The notes beneath the pieces are model-generated. The model worked only from the letters and a program-made list of their open reading frames with translations. It searched no databases and was not told the DNA's origin. Below, one piece after another: positions 32,817 through 42,639 of a stretch of DNA of 64,000 bases. Location: the NCBI GenBank assembly GCA_000165345.1, contig CM000431.1, positions 480,001 through 544,000 on the forward strand, in the 5' to 3' direction. Within the stretch, counting starts at the first letter, position 1; each line of letters opens with the position of its first letter. The translations under genes and the position numbers were made by a program.

Positions 32817-33602
32817 CTACTCTTGTAGTGGCTTAAGGCCTAGTTTCTTTCTATAAACATTCCACTGTTCAACAGATAAGCTTAACTCATTTTTGGAAGA
32901 ATAGATAGAAGTTTTTCTGGCTTTTTCCTTTCCTGGATTTTGAGTATTATTACCTTCTATAGATGATACAGAGGGAGATCTTGAGAATGATTTTCTTCGC
33001 TTTATATTAGATTCATTTTCTGTTTTGGAAATTGGGGAAGAACCCCCACTGTTAGAAGGGACATATTCAAGCATTGATTTTCTTGGAAACTTCAAATGAC
33101 CTTGCTTTACCAAGACTGCTCTTTTATGAATATAAGGAAAGTCCAAATCTAGGAACTTTTTTTCGCAGAGACAAATTTCAACTAGCTCATCTAAGTGTAT
33201 AATATCAAAAGATCCATCCAAATTTCGAATCCGAATCCTTCTATAGTCTTGGTACAAATGCTCAATAGACTTGTGTATAACAATAGAAGATTCAGTGAGT
33301 CTAAGATACACTATTCCCAATGCAGTCAAATATTTGAACCTTGGGTTGTTAATATACTCTAAGACGATTTCTGTACTAGGCCTAATTTGCAAAAGCTTTA
33401 CTAATAAGCATAGAAATGGAGTTGCCTTTCTATCACCACCATAAGTCGTTCCAATATAATCCAACAAAACAGCCTTATCCAGAATTGTTTCACTGTCTAA
33501 GGCAAAACATTCTCCTTTCCAATAAATGCTTGAGAACACACGATCTCTAAGGATTGAACTAACTGAAAACAACTTATGGTGGCTGTTTTGCTCATTTCTC
33601 AT
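32817..33602 (-). CDS. PRP38: Pre-mRNA splicing factor PRP38
   Basis: IYWKGECFALDSETILDKAVLLDYIGTTYGGDRKATPFLCLLVKLLQIRPSTEIVLEYINNPRFKYLTALGIVYLRL...LYQDYRRIRIRNLDGSFDIIHLDELV is near-collinear with the PRPF38A N-terminal domain. It has a Ser/Arg/Lys-rich tail. Confidence 0.88.
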   Translation of the reverse strand: MRNEQNSHHKLFSVSSILRDRVFSSIYWKGECFALDSETILDKAVLLDYIGTTYGGDRKATPFLCLLVKLLQIRPSTEIVLEYINNPRFKYLTALGIVYLRLTESSIVIHKSIEHLYQDYRRIRIRNLDGSFDIIHLDELVEICLCEKKFLDLDFPYIHKRAVLVKQGHLKFPRKSMLEYVPSNSGGSSPISKTENESNIKRRKSFSRSPSVSSIEGNNTQNPGKEKARKTSIYSSKNELSLSVEQWNVYRKKLGLKPLQE

Positions 33603-34039
33603 ATTAGTTTATGCACGATAAAAAGGATTTAGCACAAACTGCAGAGCCAAAGTCCAACATTATTAGGGAAGCCTATGATTCTTTAGTAGAAACTATTACT
33701 TGTGCTTTTTACCCAAACCTGCCTTAAACTATTTTTGTCGCCTAAATAGCCATTTAGCCCGCCAAAATGTGAATTTAACAAAAATTAGATGCGAAATATA
33801 AGGCAGTATCAACCGTAAAGAGAATATAAATTAACTACTGAATATTATTGGATATCTATAGATCTTAATAGGCTATCATTGAGCTCATTTTTCTCAATTT
33901 CGAGGAAGTTAATTTTTAGTAGTTCATGTCAAACTAGACATATAATATGTATACGTCTAAGAATCAGAAAAAAATGTGAGTAATGGAGAATAACTTGCCA
34001 TAAAGATAAATGTGAGCGTTAAGAAAAGGGTGAAATTAT

Positions 34040-35026
34040 ATGATGGCATCAAGAAAACAAGAAGAAGTTCTTGTAATTTATATTAAGTCAGTAATTCAAC
34101 TAATATGTTCATTGTGTGTAATAATCATCATCTTTAATAAGGACTGGATTTCAGGTCAAAATACGATTTCTGAATCTTTTGTAGTTGGATTTTTGGACGA
34201 GCTATGTATAAGAAGTTCAGTTTTGCCTCTTTCAAGACAGTCATGGAAGGAATCTGATGTGGGCAAAAGTTTTAACTTGAATGAATCAGAGAAATCTCCT
34301 TTTCAAGCTCGGAAAAGTAATTCTGATATTATTAAGAATAAGTTAGGGAAAACTTTGGACTCTGAGATTGTAAATAGTTCAATATTGAGGCATAAGAAAC
34401 TTTCTCATAGGCATAAGTTAAAATTGGATGTGGAAGAAGTAAATAATTTATTTCAGCAGAAATTGTTGGGTGAAAATGGAAATATTACTAGTTTAAAGGG
34501 AAATGAAAGCAAATTGAATAATGGGGAATCAAAAAAGAGTGGTTTATATTTCTCCTCTTTTGATCAGGTTCAATACTGTATTAGCCATAAAAGTAACAAG
34601 TTGGTGAAAGATTGGTATATTCATCCAAATTATTTGAGTTATTTGGTTTTGTTTATTGTTATAGTTTCAGTGATTTTTAGCTTAAACTTGATTAAGATGA
34701 AAAATAAATGGTCTTCATATGAGTTATTAATACCAATTCTAGATTTTTTAGTTTTCTCAATATCTTTGCTCAACCTAGCACAAATTCTTCATGTTTTAAC
34801 TCCACTATTAACCTATCTACAGAAACACAACTTCATGGCGTTTTTTTCAACCAACTTTTTTATGCTTTCAGGTTCAATTGGAGGATTTTTCATAGTATTT
34901 TCTCTATCAATAGGAATAATACACTATAGATACGAAGCATTTACAAATCTAAAAAGATTTGAAGATCAAATCGAAAACATACAGTCATTCAGCTCGTTCA
35001 TTCACTTAATTTCAAACAGTAACTAA
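34040..35026 (+). CDS. Hypothetical membrane protein (328 aa; N-terminal anchor plus 3-4 C-terminal TM helices)
   Basis: Only the ORF and hydrophobicity pattern; no recognisable family. Confidence 0.4.
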   Translation: MMASRKQEEVLVIYIKSVIQLICSLCVIIIIFNKDWISGQNTISESFVVGFLDELCIRSSVLPLSRQSWKESDVGKSFNLNESEKSPFQARKSNSDIIKNKLGKTLDSEIVNSSILRHKKLSHRHKLKLDVEEVNNLFQQKLLGENGNITSLKGNESKLNNGESKKSGLYFSSFDQVQYCISHKSNKLVKDWYIHPNYLSYLVLFIVIVSVIFSLNLIKMKNKWSSYELLIPILDFLVFSISLLNLAQILHVLTPLLTYLQKHNFMAFFSTNFFMLSGSIGGFFIVFSLSIGIIHYRYEAFTNLKRFEDQIENIQSFSSFIHLISNSN

Positions 35027-35197
35027 CATTCAAAGTCTAAATAAAAAAAACCAGCGAAAAGAATCAACTTACAACTCAACGGCTAAATCCTGGAAAGTCT
35101 AAATCCGTAATATTCTACAAAACTATTGGAGTTGTTTTGCATAGATATAACAACCATTGAGATAAAATAACAGACTAATTAAATTAAATCTATTAAC

Positions 35198-35716
35198 TTA
35201 GTATCTTTCCTCATTCAAAGCATCCTTGAAATAGATAAATCTGGGGGCAAGATCTCCATCTTCATAATAACCGTAGATAATGATTCCTTCGCAATCAAGA
35301 GATGGGCCCAAGTAAAACTCCAAGTCATCGAATCTCTCCAATAAGTACTTAACAAAAGTCTGAGCATTCTTCATGAAGGTCTCGACTCTATCAGGGTTTG
35401 ATTTTTCCATAGCTTCTTTGATTCTTGCCAAGTAAGCTTTGATGTAAGTCATATACTCCTTCTTAGTGAATGGAGTTGACTCTAATTTGAAGGCGTCAAT
35501 GATGTCATTTACGGTTTCAACATCGGCATCAACGACCTCAGCTTCTCCCTCCTCGGTATTATGGGCAATTCCAAAATCTTCAGCAGACTTTTGGACTCTC
35601 TTACTTTGTACCTCAAATGCAATGTCGTCAAACTCAGCCTTTCCAAATGGAGAGGTTTGCTTGTAAGAGTCAGACATGACCTCGTCTCCTGTGAAAATGC
35701 ATTTGTAGACCTTCAT
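35198..35716 (-). CDS. TCTP: Translationally controlled tumour protein (TCTP/HRF)
   Basis: MKVYKCIFTGDEVMSDSYK...FTKKEYMTYIKAYLARIKEAM...IIYGYYEDGDLAPRFIYFKDALNEE is collinear with the TCTP family (TCTP-1/TCTP-2 signature regions). 172 aa. Confidence 0.9.
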   Translation of the reverse strand: MKVYKCIFTGDEVMSDSYKQTSPFGKAEFDDIAFEVQSKRVQKSAEDFGIAHNTEEGEAEVVDADVETVNDIIDAFKLESTPFTKKEYMTYIKAYLARIKEAMEKSNPDRVETFMKNAQTFVKYLLERFDDLEFYLGPSLDCEGIIIYGYYEDGDLAPRFIYFKDALNEERY

Positions 35717-36149
35717 ATTTACAAATTAATCTCAAAATATCCAAAAGCTGGTAAATGGAAAAAACAAGCAAATTACTATGCTAAAAAAAGTTGCCCTTAA
35801 TATCAACAAATAGGGAAATAAATCTAACTGGTTAGGTATTCAGTTATACTAAAAAAATAATATTTTACGTATACATCTACTAGGTACTTAAAGTATTGAA
35901 TAAACTATTTAATTTATATTCTTCCTGAACGTTTAATTGCGCCAAAGCTGATAAATTATTATTTATAAATTTTACTAATTTTAGTTTATTTAAAATAAAA
36001 AAATATACTAAGTGGCCAAAGTAGGCGCTCTAAGTTTTGGCGGTATGTGGGTCTACATTTTTTTTTTTGACATTGTGTGAAGGATAATAAAAGCGTAGTA
36101 AAATAGTCAGTTATTACTGAATTCAAAAGCTTAATTTATGGCTGTAACA

Positions 36150-36784
36150 TGATCAAAGGAGATACAGAGTGGACAACATTGGCAGCTGGGATTATACTTT
36201 TTAAGAGCGACATAGTAAAAAATGAATCAGGGAAAGAAGAAATTGAACCAAATTTCTTATTGCTCAAGTGTTCCAAAAACTTTCACTGGAGTCCTCCAAA
36301 AGGTAAGAATTAATCAAAATAGTAATTTTAAACACTTACTAAATAAATAAAAAGGGATTTCAGAGTATGATGAAGAAAACGACCTATTAAGGACTGCATT
36401 CAGGTAAGTAGCAAATCATATTTGTTCTAGTTCTTTTTAGTCCAAAAACACTCTTTAGAGAAACTCTAGAAGAAACAGGGATAGGCCCACAGCAAATTAA
36501 GCTTTACAATAACTTTGTAAAAGTAAGTACCGGAAAAGTAGCTTTCTTACTCATTTGAAACACGAGTTCATAGGAAATACAATATGAAGCCTGGAATAAG
36601 AAAAAAACAGTGTTTTACTATTTAGGAGAATGCATGAATGATACAAAAATAGTTATATCACATGAGCACAGTGAATATAAATGGGCAAATATTAGCCAAG
36701 TAAGACAACTAGTAGAATTTGAATCACTAATTCAAATATTTAATGATGCATTTGAAAGGATAGTGATGGAGAAGAAGCTTTAAA
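36150..36784 (+). CDS. Nudix hydrolase, Ap4A-hydrolase (NUDT2)-like, 155 aa, encoded by 4 exons: join(36150..36303, 36365..36404, 36460..36523, 36575..36784). Not in the ORF track
   Basis: Spliced translation: MIKGDTEWTTLAAGIILFKSDIVKNESGKEEIEPNFLLLKCSKNFHWSPPKG/EYDEENDLLRTAF/RETLEETGIGPQQIKLYNNFVK/EIQYEAWNKKKTVFYYLGECMNDTKIVISHEHSEYKWANISQVRQLVEFESLIQIFNDAFERIVMEKKL*. The Nudix box G-x5-E-x7-REUxEExGU (RETLEETGI) is assembled across exons 2/3. The C-terminal block parallels NUDT2 '[28 protein letters not shown]'. All three introns are GTAAG(A/T)...AG and 51-61 nt long; phases 1, 2 and 0 are consistent. Confidence 0.7.
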
Positions 36785-36835
36785 TATAGTAAGCAAAAGC
36801 TCAACGGTAGAGTAGTGATATATATAATATCTATA

Positions 36836-37690
36836 CTATCTTCTTCCACGATTAGAAACGCGCCCCTTTCTACTATTTCTTGTGGATACCCCAATTTCCG
36901 TATGGTTGTCGACAATGGAAGAGTTTTCTGATTTGTATTCGCCTTTATAGTTCACTCCATTTGCATTAGTTTCTGCGTTATTTGCGTCATTACTTACGCC
37001 TCCCATATCCTTATTAGCGCATCTTCTTCCTCTAGTATTTCCTTCAGAAGAAGGATGGATATTTGGCTCGGGAGATTGCGCAGGCGACATTACAAAATGT
37101 CCATGCGAATGTTCTGAGTTTTTCCTTAAGACTAAAAATGTGCGAATAACATCGACAGGATTAATTTCAAAGTTACTAAAATGTTCATTAATTTTTTTGG
37201 ATATTGTAGCTTTGTCTTGCGTCAAATCTATTTCATCAGCTTGCCTATCGTGGAAAAATGATTTATAGCGCCTGTAGAAACCTTCTTCAAATACAGAAAA
37301 GTCGATCTTTGAGAGGTGTTTACTCTTACCCTTATTCTCTGGAGAAGTAACGTCCTTCATTTCTATGTTTTCTTTGTTTTCATCTTGTTTTTCGCCCTTT
37401 AGTGTGCTCTCGACATTTGAATTTGAATTGTTTGAGTTTTCCGTACATACAGCCTCTTCTAGAGTCTTGCCCACGCTCTTGTTTGACTCCTCCTCAACAA
37501 TATGTTGAGATTTTAGTTTCTCCATGAGATCTGTCTCCACTGTTATTGTCCCATTCTCCTTTCCAACAACTTGCCCCTTAACCATTGCTTCTTCTTGATT
37601 GCTATTTTCATGCATTTTTACCTCCTCCTCCAAATTCATTGGGCAAGCTAGATCAGTTGTATTTGCCATGCCAAGTCCTTCACCCTCCAT
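36836..37690 (-). CDS. Hypothetical low-complexity acidic/basic protein (284 aa)
   Basis: ORF with ATG start. Lys/Glu/Asn/Ser-rich with an Arg/Gly-rich C-terminus. No recognisable domain. Convergent with the Nudix gene; the stops are 51 nt apart. Confidence 0.4.
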   Translation of the reverse strand: MEGEGLGMANTTDLACPMNLEEEVKMHENSNQEEAMVKGQVVGKENGTITVETDLMEKLKSQHIVEEESNKSVGKTLEEAVCTENSNNSNSNVESTLKGEKQDENKENIEMKDVTSPENKGKSKHLSKIDFSVFEEGFYRRYKSFFHDRQADEIDLTQDKATISKKINEHFSNFEINPVDVIRTFLVLRKNSEHSHGHFVMSPAQSPEPNIHPSSEGNTRGRRCANKDMGGVSNDANNAETNANGVNYKGEYKSENSSIVDNHTEIGVSTRNSRKGRVSNRGRR

Positions 37691-37962
37691 TATCCTGGTC
37701 TTTTTACAATACTGTTTTTTCCCTCTTTCTTAATCTCTATCCTTTTTTTTTGCTTGTACTGTGATCAAATAATTAGCACTAAAGGGCGCCAGAATCTCCT
37801 TATACAGTGGCTATTTCAAAAATGACGGTATAGGCACTCAGCTGAGCATGTTTTGGCGGTAATACTTATTAGAGTGTACTATTTAGAAATACAAGTTAAT
37901 TTATTTTATTACAATAAAAGGAAATTTACAGCACATAAAATCGAATGGTTTAGCTCTAAACA

Positions 37963-38319
37963 ATGCGTTCCATAACTATTGAAGAACTATCAGAGATCGA
38001 CGACGATAATATCAGACAGCTTGCCGAAATTATTATCAAGGGAAATCTCAATGAGCCATCAGAGTCGAGATATATTAATGAAATCCTAAATTCTACTGGA
38101 GAACAACTTAATCAGAAGGCCCAAAATCTAAGCCAAAGTATTAAAGAAAAAAATAAAAAACTTCAGGAAATGACTGACGAGCTCCAGTTTATGAATATTA
38201 GTCTACAACAGCTCAACTCTCCCAAAGCTCTCAAAAAGATGACACTAAAAGAGCTCAAACAGCATTGCTCATCCCTAAGGTCTATTATGACCAGCTACCT
38301 TGACTCTTTTAATCAATAG
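37963..38319 (+). CDS. Small predicted coiled-coil protein (118 aa), unknown function
   Basis: ORF with ATG. Heptad-like Leu/Lys/Gln pattern. Short intergenic distances on both sides. Confidence 0.35.
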   Translation: MRSITIEELSEIDDDNIRQLAEIIIKGNLNEPSESRYINEILNSTGEQLNQKAQNLSQSIKEKNKKLQEMTDELQFMNISLQQLNSPKALKKMTLKELKQHCSSLRSIMTSYLDSFNQ

Positions 38320-38625
38320 AGCCCCATTATCCAGTTTTCACTTTCTTCTTAGCGCCATACATATCTAACTCAAATACTAATGTTTCGCTATTTTTAGTCA
38401 ACTATCATCACACAATCCATGCATTAAAAAAGCCAGTAAATAATGGATATTATAATTATATTACAGTTTACTATCTAAAATTCTAACTACTATTATTTCA
38501 TTCATAACTTTACCAATATAATGTCAAAGCATTGCCTCTTCATTTTCTTTGCGTCTGACAATCATACTAATTGTAAATTAGGCGGTACGCGTGATCACAA
38601 ATATGGTGCCGCCCTGTGATCAGGC

Positions 38626-38633
38626 TATATAAA
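38626..38633 (+). promoter_or_regulatory. Canonical TATA box (TATATAAA) with flanking E2F-like GC elements (GGCGGTACGCG at 38581-38591, GGTGCCGCCC at 38605-38614), about 1.2 kb upstream of the ApiAP2 ATG; candidate core promoter for a long-leader transcript
   Basis: Sequence ttaGGCGGTACGCGtgatcacaaatatGGTGCCGCCCtgtgatcaggCTATATAAAcatttta sits in an otherwise AT-rich intergenic region downstream of the 37963..38319 gene. Confidence 0.4.
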
Positions 38634-39807
38634 CATTTTACCTTAGATACCTTCTTGTAAGAGGCAAAGATGCTTAGATAAAAATCAAGACTCAAAGAAA
38701 ATTTTAATTTCGTTTGATTAGTTCTGTACCTATAATTCTAAAATTTTAAATTTATTTTTTAGCGGATTTTTCTTACTTGATATGAAATTTATTTTGATAT
38801 TTTTCCCGTAGGAGTGTCTAAATAAAGTTAAATAAAACCTCCGTAGCTAAATAAGTAACACAGGCTTAATTAAGTTTTAGTCAGTAAAACGTCACGTCTC
38901 ACAACTCTAGGTACTCCATTCGACAAATTTCCAGTCAGAAGTGTCTATTTAGAGCAAGATGAGGGTTCATAAATGTAGACAGTACAGATCATTCTTCCGG
39001 GATTTAAAGTGGATACAGTATCCCCACGCAAATAGGACACAAAGTTATTTATTGGAGTGATTAGGCGTATATCAAATAAGTAAATATTAATTTCCTATAC
39101 GTAACAGTCTATGGATATTTGACTAGTATAGTATCTGTTTCTTCCTCAGGTTACAATTGACCCCTCCAATTACTGTTCAATAAGAACTGGATCCGAGGGG
39201 ATAATATGTGACAATCGACTTTTTGACAGGATGACTGAATAATTGGTATTAAATGTGTAACAGATCATTTTCTAGTTGAAGTTCCATAATCCAATGTATT
39301 AATTCTGTTTTCAATTGAAAACAATAATCCTGGCATCTTGAATAGATTTTATTTAATTGAATCAAGAAGCTCTGCTATTGTAAAAATTACTTGCTAATAG
39401 CTGAATTGTTGATGCCCTTTTAACGCATTACTTCTTAAGGTGAGTCATTCAGGAATTCGAAAAACTTGAATTTATTAAGAACTCATATAACTCAGTTACC
39501 TCTGCCTTATAGTATCTAACGCAAGTAAGAATTTTGACTTTTCTTATCGCTCCAGTTTGTGGTTATTTGAACATCTGGTTTATTTATCATTGTTTTTTGT
39601 ACTAAAAATCCCAATAGTTTTATATTGTGGTTTTTGTAAAACTTAATTTATTGCTTCAATACAATCATTATTTTGAGGAGGACATTACAGACTAGGGTTA
39701 AAAGACTTTTTTTACTTTGAAGCTGCCTTTGAAAGAAGAGAACAAGTCTTATTTTACACCAACCTTGACAGACTAGAACTAAACTTTTTTTTTGCATCAG
39801 CTGAGAA

Positions 39808-42639
39808 ATGACGTCTTGTTCGGAAAAAATTAAGGCCTCTGAATCTGGCACCAAGGTTTCAGCTGCTAGCCATGAATCCCTAGCTAAGGATGAGGTATTT
39901 CAAGCTCAGATAAAATCAATTGACCAGGCAAAGAGTTCTCTATTAGAACTTGACCCAGAGATTGTAGAGAATTCTACAAACCAGACCGAAAATGGGTCAG
40001 GTAGCGTAGTTATTACACCAACAGGAGTCAGCAAAACCAACTCCATTGATGATATCACAACTTGTACAACAAGTAGTGACATTTCAACCCCTATTGAGCT
40101 CAGTCTGACGGCAAAGAGACCGAGAGCCGAGACGTCTTTCTCTGATAAGCTCGATTCCGATACTTTGGAACCAACAATAAAGGTGCAGAGTCTAGATCCT
40201 TCAATTGGAATTGTATCCAAAAGCGAAGCCGAAATCCGGAGCTCATTTATTCAGGATCATGGCCCAGCTTCTACTGTGGTATCATCTCCAACTCCTTGCA
40301 ACAGTATTGTGTTTAAGTGTATTGATACCTCAGAAAGCGGAGTTGATATCAATAATCGCACAGAGTCAAACTCTACAGAGGTAATTCCCACATCAGAAGC
40401 GTCGAAGTCTACTACTGCATCTGCATCGCCCTTGAACCAAAGCCAGAGTTGTAAAGATGAATTGAATTCTGGTATTTGCATGGGAGCCAAACAGCCCGCC
40501 TTTCTATCTTCTAAGCAACTCTTTGATGAGCTAGTTCAACTAGCTGCAGTTTCGCCAACTACAGGAGCTAGTGGCATTGCTTTGCTGAATCCACAGCAGC
40601 TCGCATCCTTAGATAATGGAGTTCTCCAACAATCCTTGCAAAATTTTGGTTTGTTAATGGGCACAGGTCTGGGAATGCCATCATTGGGAGCAACAGGAAA
40701 CACTACCCCAATTAAGGTACAGTCCCCGTCAATTTCTGCAAGCCAGCTTATGGTGGGATCAATGGGGCCATCTTCAGCGGAAGATTTACAACAATCAACA
40801 TCTGCAAGCACTACAGCCTCTGCCTCAACCGCTACATCATCGGCAGCCTCTCCACTAACTTCTCCAATCAATCTTTCATCTGCGTCTGCAACACATGGTT
40901 CCGCTGGTCAAATTCCAGGGATGGTTGCTCAAAATCAGTTCATCTCCCAACTAATGGCAAACCCGCTTTTCCAATCTCAGGCGATAGCCAGCCAAAGCTC
41001 CCAAAATTTGAATAGGATGGTTTCAGCAGCCTTTGGAGCCGGATCTCCACAAACTACTCCCGCCTCTAACACATTCGGCTGGCCATCAGGAGGTTCAACT
41101 ACTCCCCAAGGGTTTTGCCCAACTGGTACCCAACCAGGAATGGCAAATTTTGCTGCTCTTCTTGCTGCAGCAAATTCTCAGTTGCACGGTCACAACGCGT
41201 TTCCTGTGTCATTTCCCACACCAGTAAATAGAAGTATTAGTAACGGGTCGAATCCAATTCTAATGCCCATGCAATCTGCAACTCCCTCTGATGGATCTGC
41301 TTTCGAAGGAGCCCAGACATCCACCACTGCAAGCACTGCGTCTCCCAGCGAGGCCAGTACATACCCTTCTATAGGCCAGCAAAATGATCCCTTACTAAGG
41401 CTGGGCGCAGGACTTCCCCACAACTCATCTGGAACTCCCTGTATTCCGCCATTCTGGAACACAAACCCTGCCTTGCTAGCATCTGCTGCTTCCTTAATAG
41501 GCTCTGGAGATATATCCCAAACCATGGCGTTATTAAATGTTAATCCCTTAGGTTTACAACCTTTTGTCCAGGCGCAAACCCCACAGCAAGCCAATACTCA
41601 CAACTCAAATTCTGAAGAGGAAGGTGCCAACAGAGCCCAACAAAACTGCCTTTCTCTCTTGGCATCTTTGCAGCAACCCAGCTTTGACTTCTCTTCACTT
41701 TCTACTTCAAGCCCAGCAACTCTTGCCGCTCTAGCCAGTGCCGCAACCGCTGCAACTAATGCACAACTTTCTTCCGCTGCCCAGACACAACCAGATGCTG
41801 AAAACCATGCTTCCAAGCCCGTAGCTAAGGCTTCTGGTAGTGGGAGGGCTTCCCATGGATCAGGCTCCAGAGCCTTGAATGCGAGCTCTTCAGTTACAGC
41901 GGCTGCTGCTGCTCTTGACCATCTAGATGTAGACTGGGATAGTGTTGGACTTAGAGAGGCAGAACTAGCTGCAATGGAAATTTGCAAGACTGCAAGCACT
42001 CTTTTCGACACCACTGATGGGACCACCCCAGTCCCTAGCTCCCCAGCTGCTGTAGGAGAAGCAGTGTTAACTGCAGCACAGCTCACTATCTCCGCTAGGG
42101 CAATGCTAAAATTTGTGAAAGGTCTGACGCCCACACAACTTGGCATCAATTGGCACGCATGCACTCAAAGATTTTGCGTAACTTACACAACTAGGGATGA
42201 ACAGAATCCCCGAAGTTGGACTTTAGGTGCATACTCAAACGGAAAACTACATTACAAGTACTTTGGGCCAAGATCCTGGACAGTTATGGGTCTAAAAGAG
42301 GCCTTAAGAAAAGCCTTCAAGGCTAGAACTTCTCTGCTTCTCGGGCAGGGAATTATTGAAGAGCCAGAGGATACAGGGTTAAGCAAGGAGGAGTTAACAT
42401 ACCACGCAAGGCAATTACTACAACAACTCAGGGACTCACTCGGAGTCAAGAAGGGTAATGTTCACAAGGGCCTCTACATTTCTTGGCACCCCAAAACAAG
42501 GAGATTTGTTGTTGCTTTAAAATCATGTGAAAGTGGTAAAACTATCTACAAGTACTTTTCTCCAAAGGAGAGGTCAATAAAGGGGATAAAAACTGCTCTT
42601 CTTGATGCACACCAAATGGTTGTAGCTGCTTGCCAATAA
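39808..42639 (+). CDS. ApiAP2-type transcription factor candidate: 943 aa, long Ser/Thr/Ala/Gln low-complexity regions and two tandem C-terminal AP2-like domains
   Basis: Two roughly 60-aa repeats of the form [GI]xWHxxTxRFxVxx...GKxxYKYF(G/S)P...(L/I)KxAL: GINWHACTQRFCVTYTTRDEQNPRSWTLGAYSNGKLHYKYFGPRSWTVMGLKEALRKAF and GLYISWHPKTRRFVVALKSCESGKTIYKYFSPKERSIKGIKTALLDAH. This resembles the coccidian/cryptosporidial AP2 variant 'GVxWDxxxxxWxAxW..NGKRxxKxFSVxKyG.eeAKxLA'. A 1.5-kb upstream leader and GC-richer low-complexity body are typical of ApiAP2 genes. Confidence 0.55.
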   Translation: MTSCSEKIKASESGTKVSAASHESLAKDEVFQAQIKSIDQAKSSLLELDPEIVENSTNQTENGSGSVVITPTGVSKTNSIDDITTCTTSSDISTPIELSLTAKRPRAETSFSDKLDSDTLEPTIKVQSLDPSIGIVSKSEAEIRSSFIQDHGPASTVVSSPTPCNSIVFKCIDTSESGVDINNRTESNSTEVIPTSEASKSTTASASPLNQSQSCKDELNSGICMGAKQPAFLSSKQLFDELVQLAAVSPTTGASGIALLNPQQLASLDNGVLQQSLQNFGLLMGTGLGMPSLGATGNTTPIKVQSPSISASQLMVGSMGPSSAEDLQQSTSASTTASASTATSSAASPLTSPINLSSASATHGSAGQIPGMVAQNQFISQLMANPLFQSQAIASQSSQNLNRMVSAAFGAGSPQTTPASNTFGWPSGGSTTPQGFCPTGTQPGMANFAALLAAANSQLHGHNAFPVSFPTPVNRSISNGSNPILMPMQSATPSDGSAFEGAQTSTTASTASPSEASTYPSIGQQNDPLLRLGAGLPHNSSGTPCIPPFWNTNPALLASAASLIGSGDISQTMALLNVNPLGLQPFVQAQTPQQANTHNSNSEEEGANRAQQNCLSLLASLQQPSFDFSSLSTSSPATLAALASAATAATNAQLSSAAQTQPDAENHASKPVAKASGSGRASHGSGSRALNASSSVTAAAAALDHLDVDWDSVGLREAELAAMEICKTASTLFDTTDGTTPVPSSPAAVGEAVLTAAQLTISARAMLKFVKGLTPTQLGINWHACTQRFCVTYTTRDEQNPRSWTLGAYSNGKLHYKYFGPRSWTVMGLKEALRKAFKARTSLLLGQGIIEEPEDTGLSKEELTYHARQLLQQLRDSLGVKKGNVHKGLYISWHPKTRRFVVALKSCESGKTIYKYFSPKERSIKGIKTALLDAHQMVVAACQ

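Noticed and set aside
36727-36915. Track ORF 36727..36915 (-) overlapping the Nudix 3' end and the start of the 36836..37690 gene
   Set aside because: It is out of frame with both neighbours and is a short hydrophobic peptide from AT-rich sequence.
39110-39150. Stretch 'gtatagtatctgtttcttcctcagg' resembling the U2 snRNA 5' region (GUAGUAUCUGUUCUUAUCAG)
   Set aside because: It matches only about 13 of 20 nt. It lacks the Sm site and the flanking conserved U2 features, including the upstream GCUUUUGGCUAAGAUCAAGU and the branch-point-interacting GUAGUA in its proper context. It is most likely coincidence inside the ApiAP2 leader.
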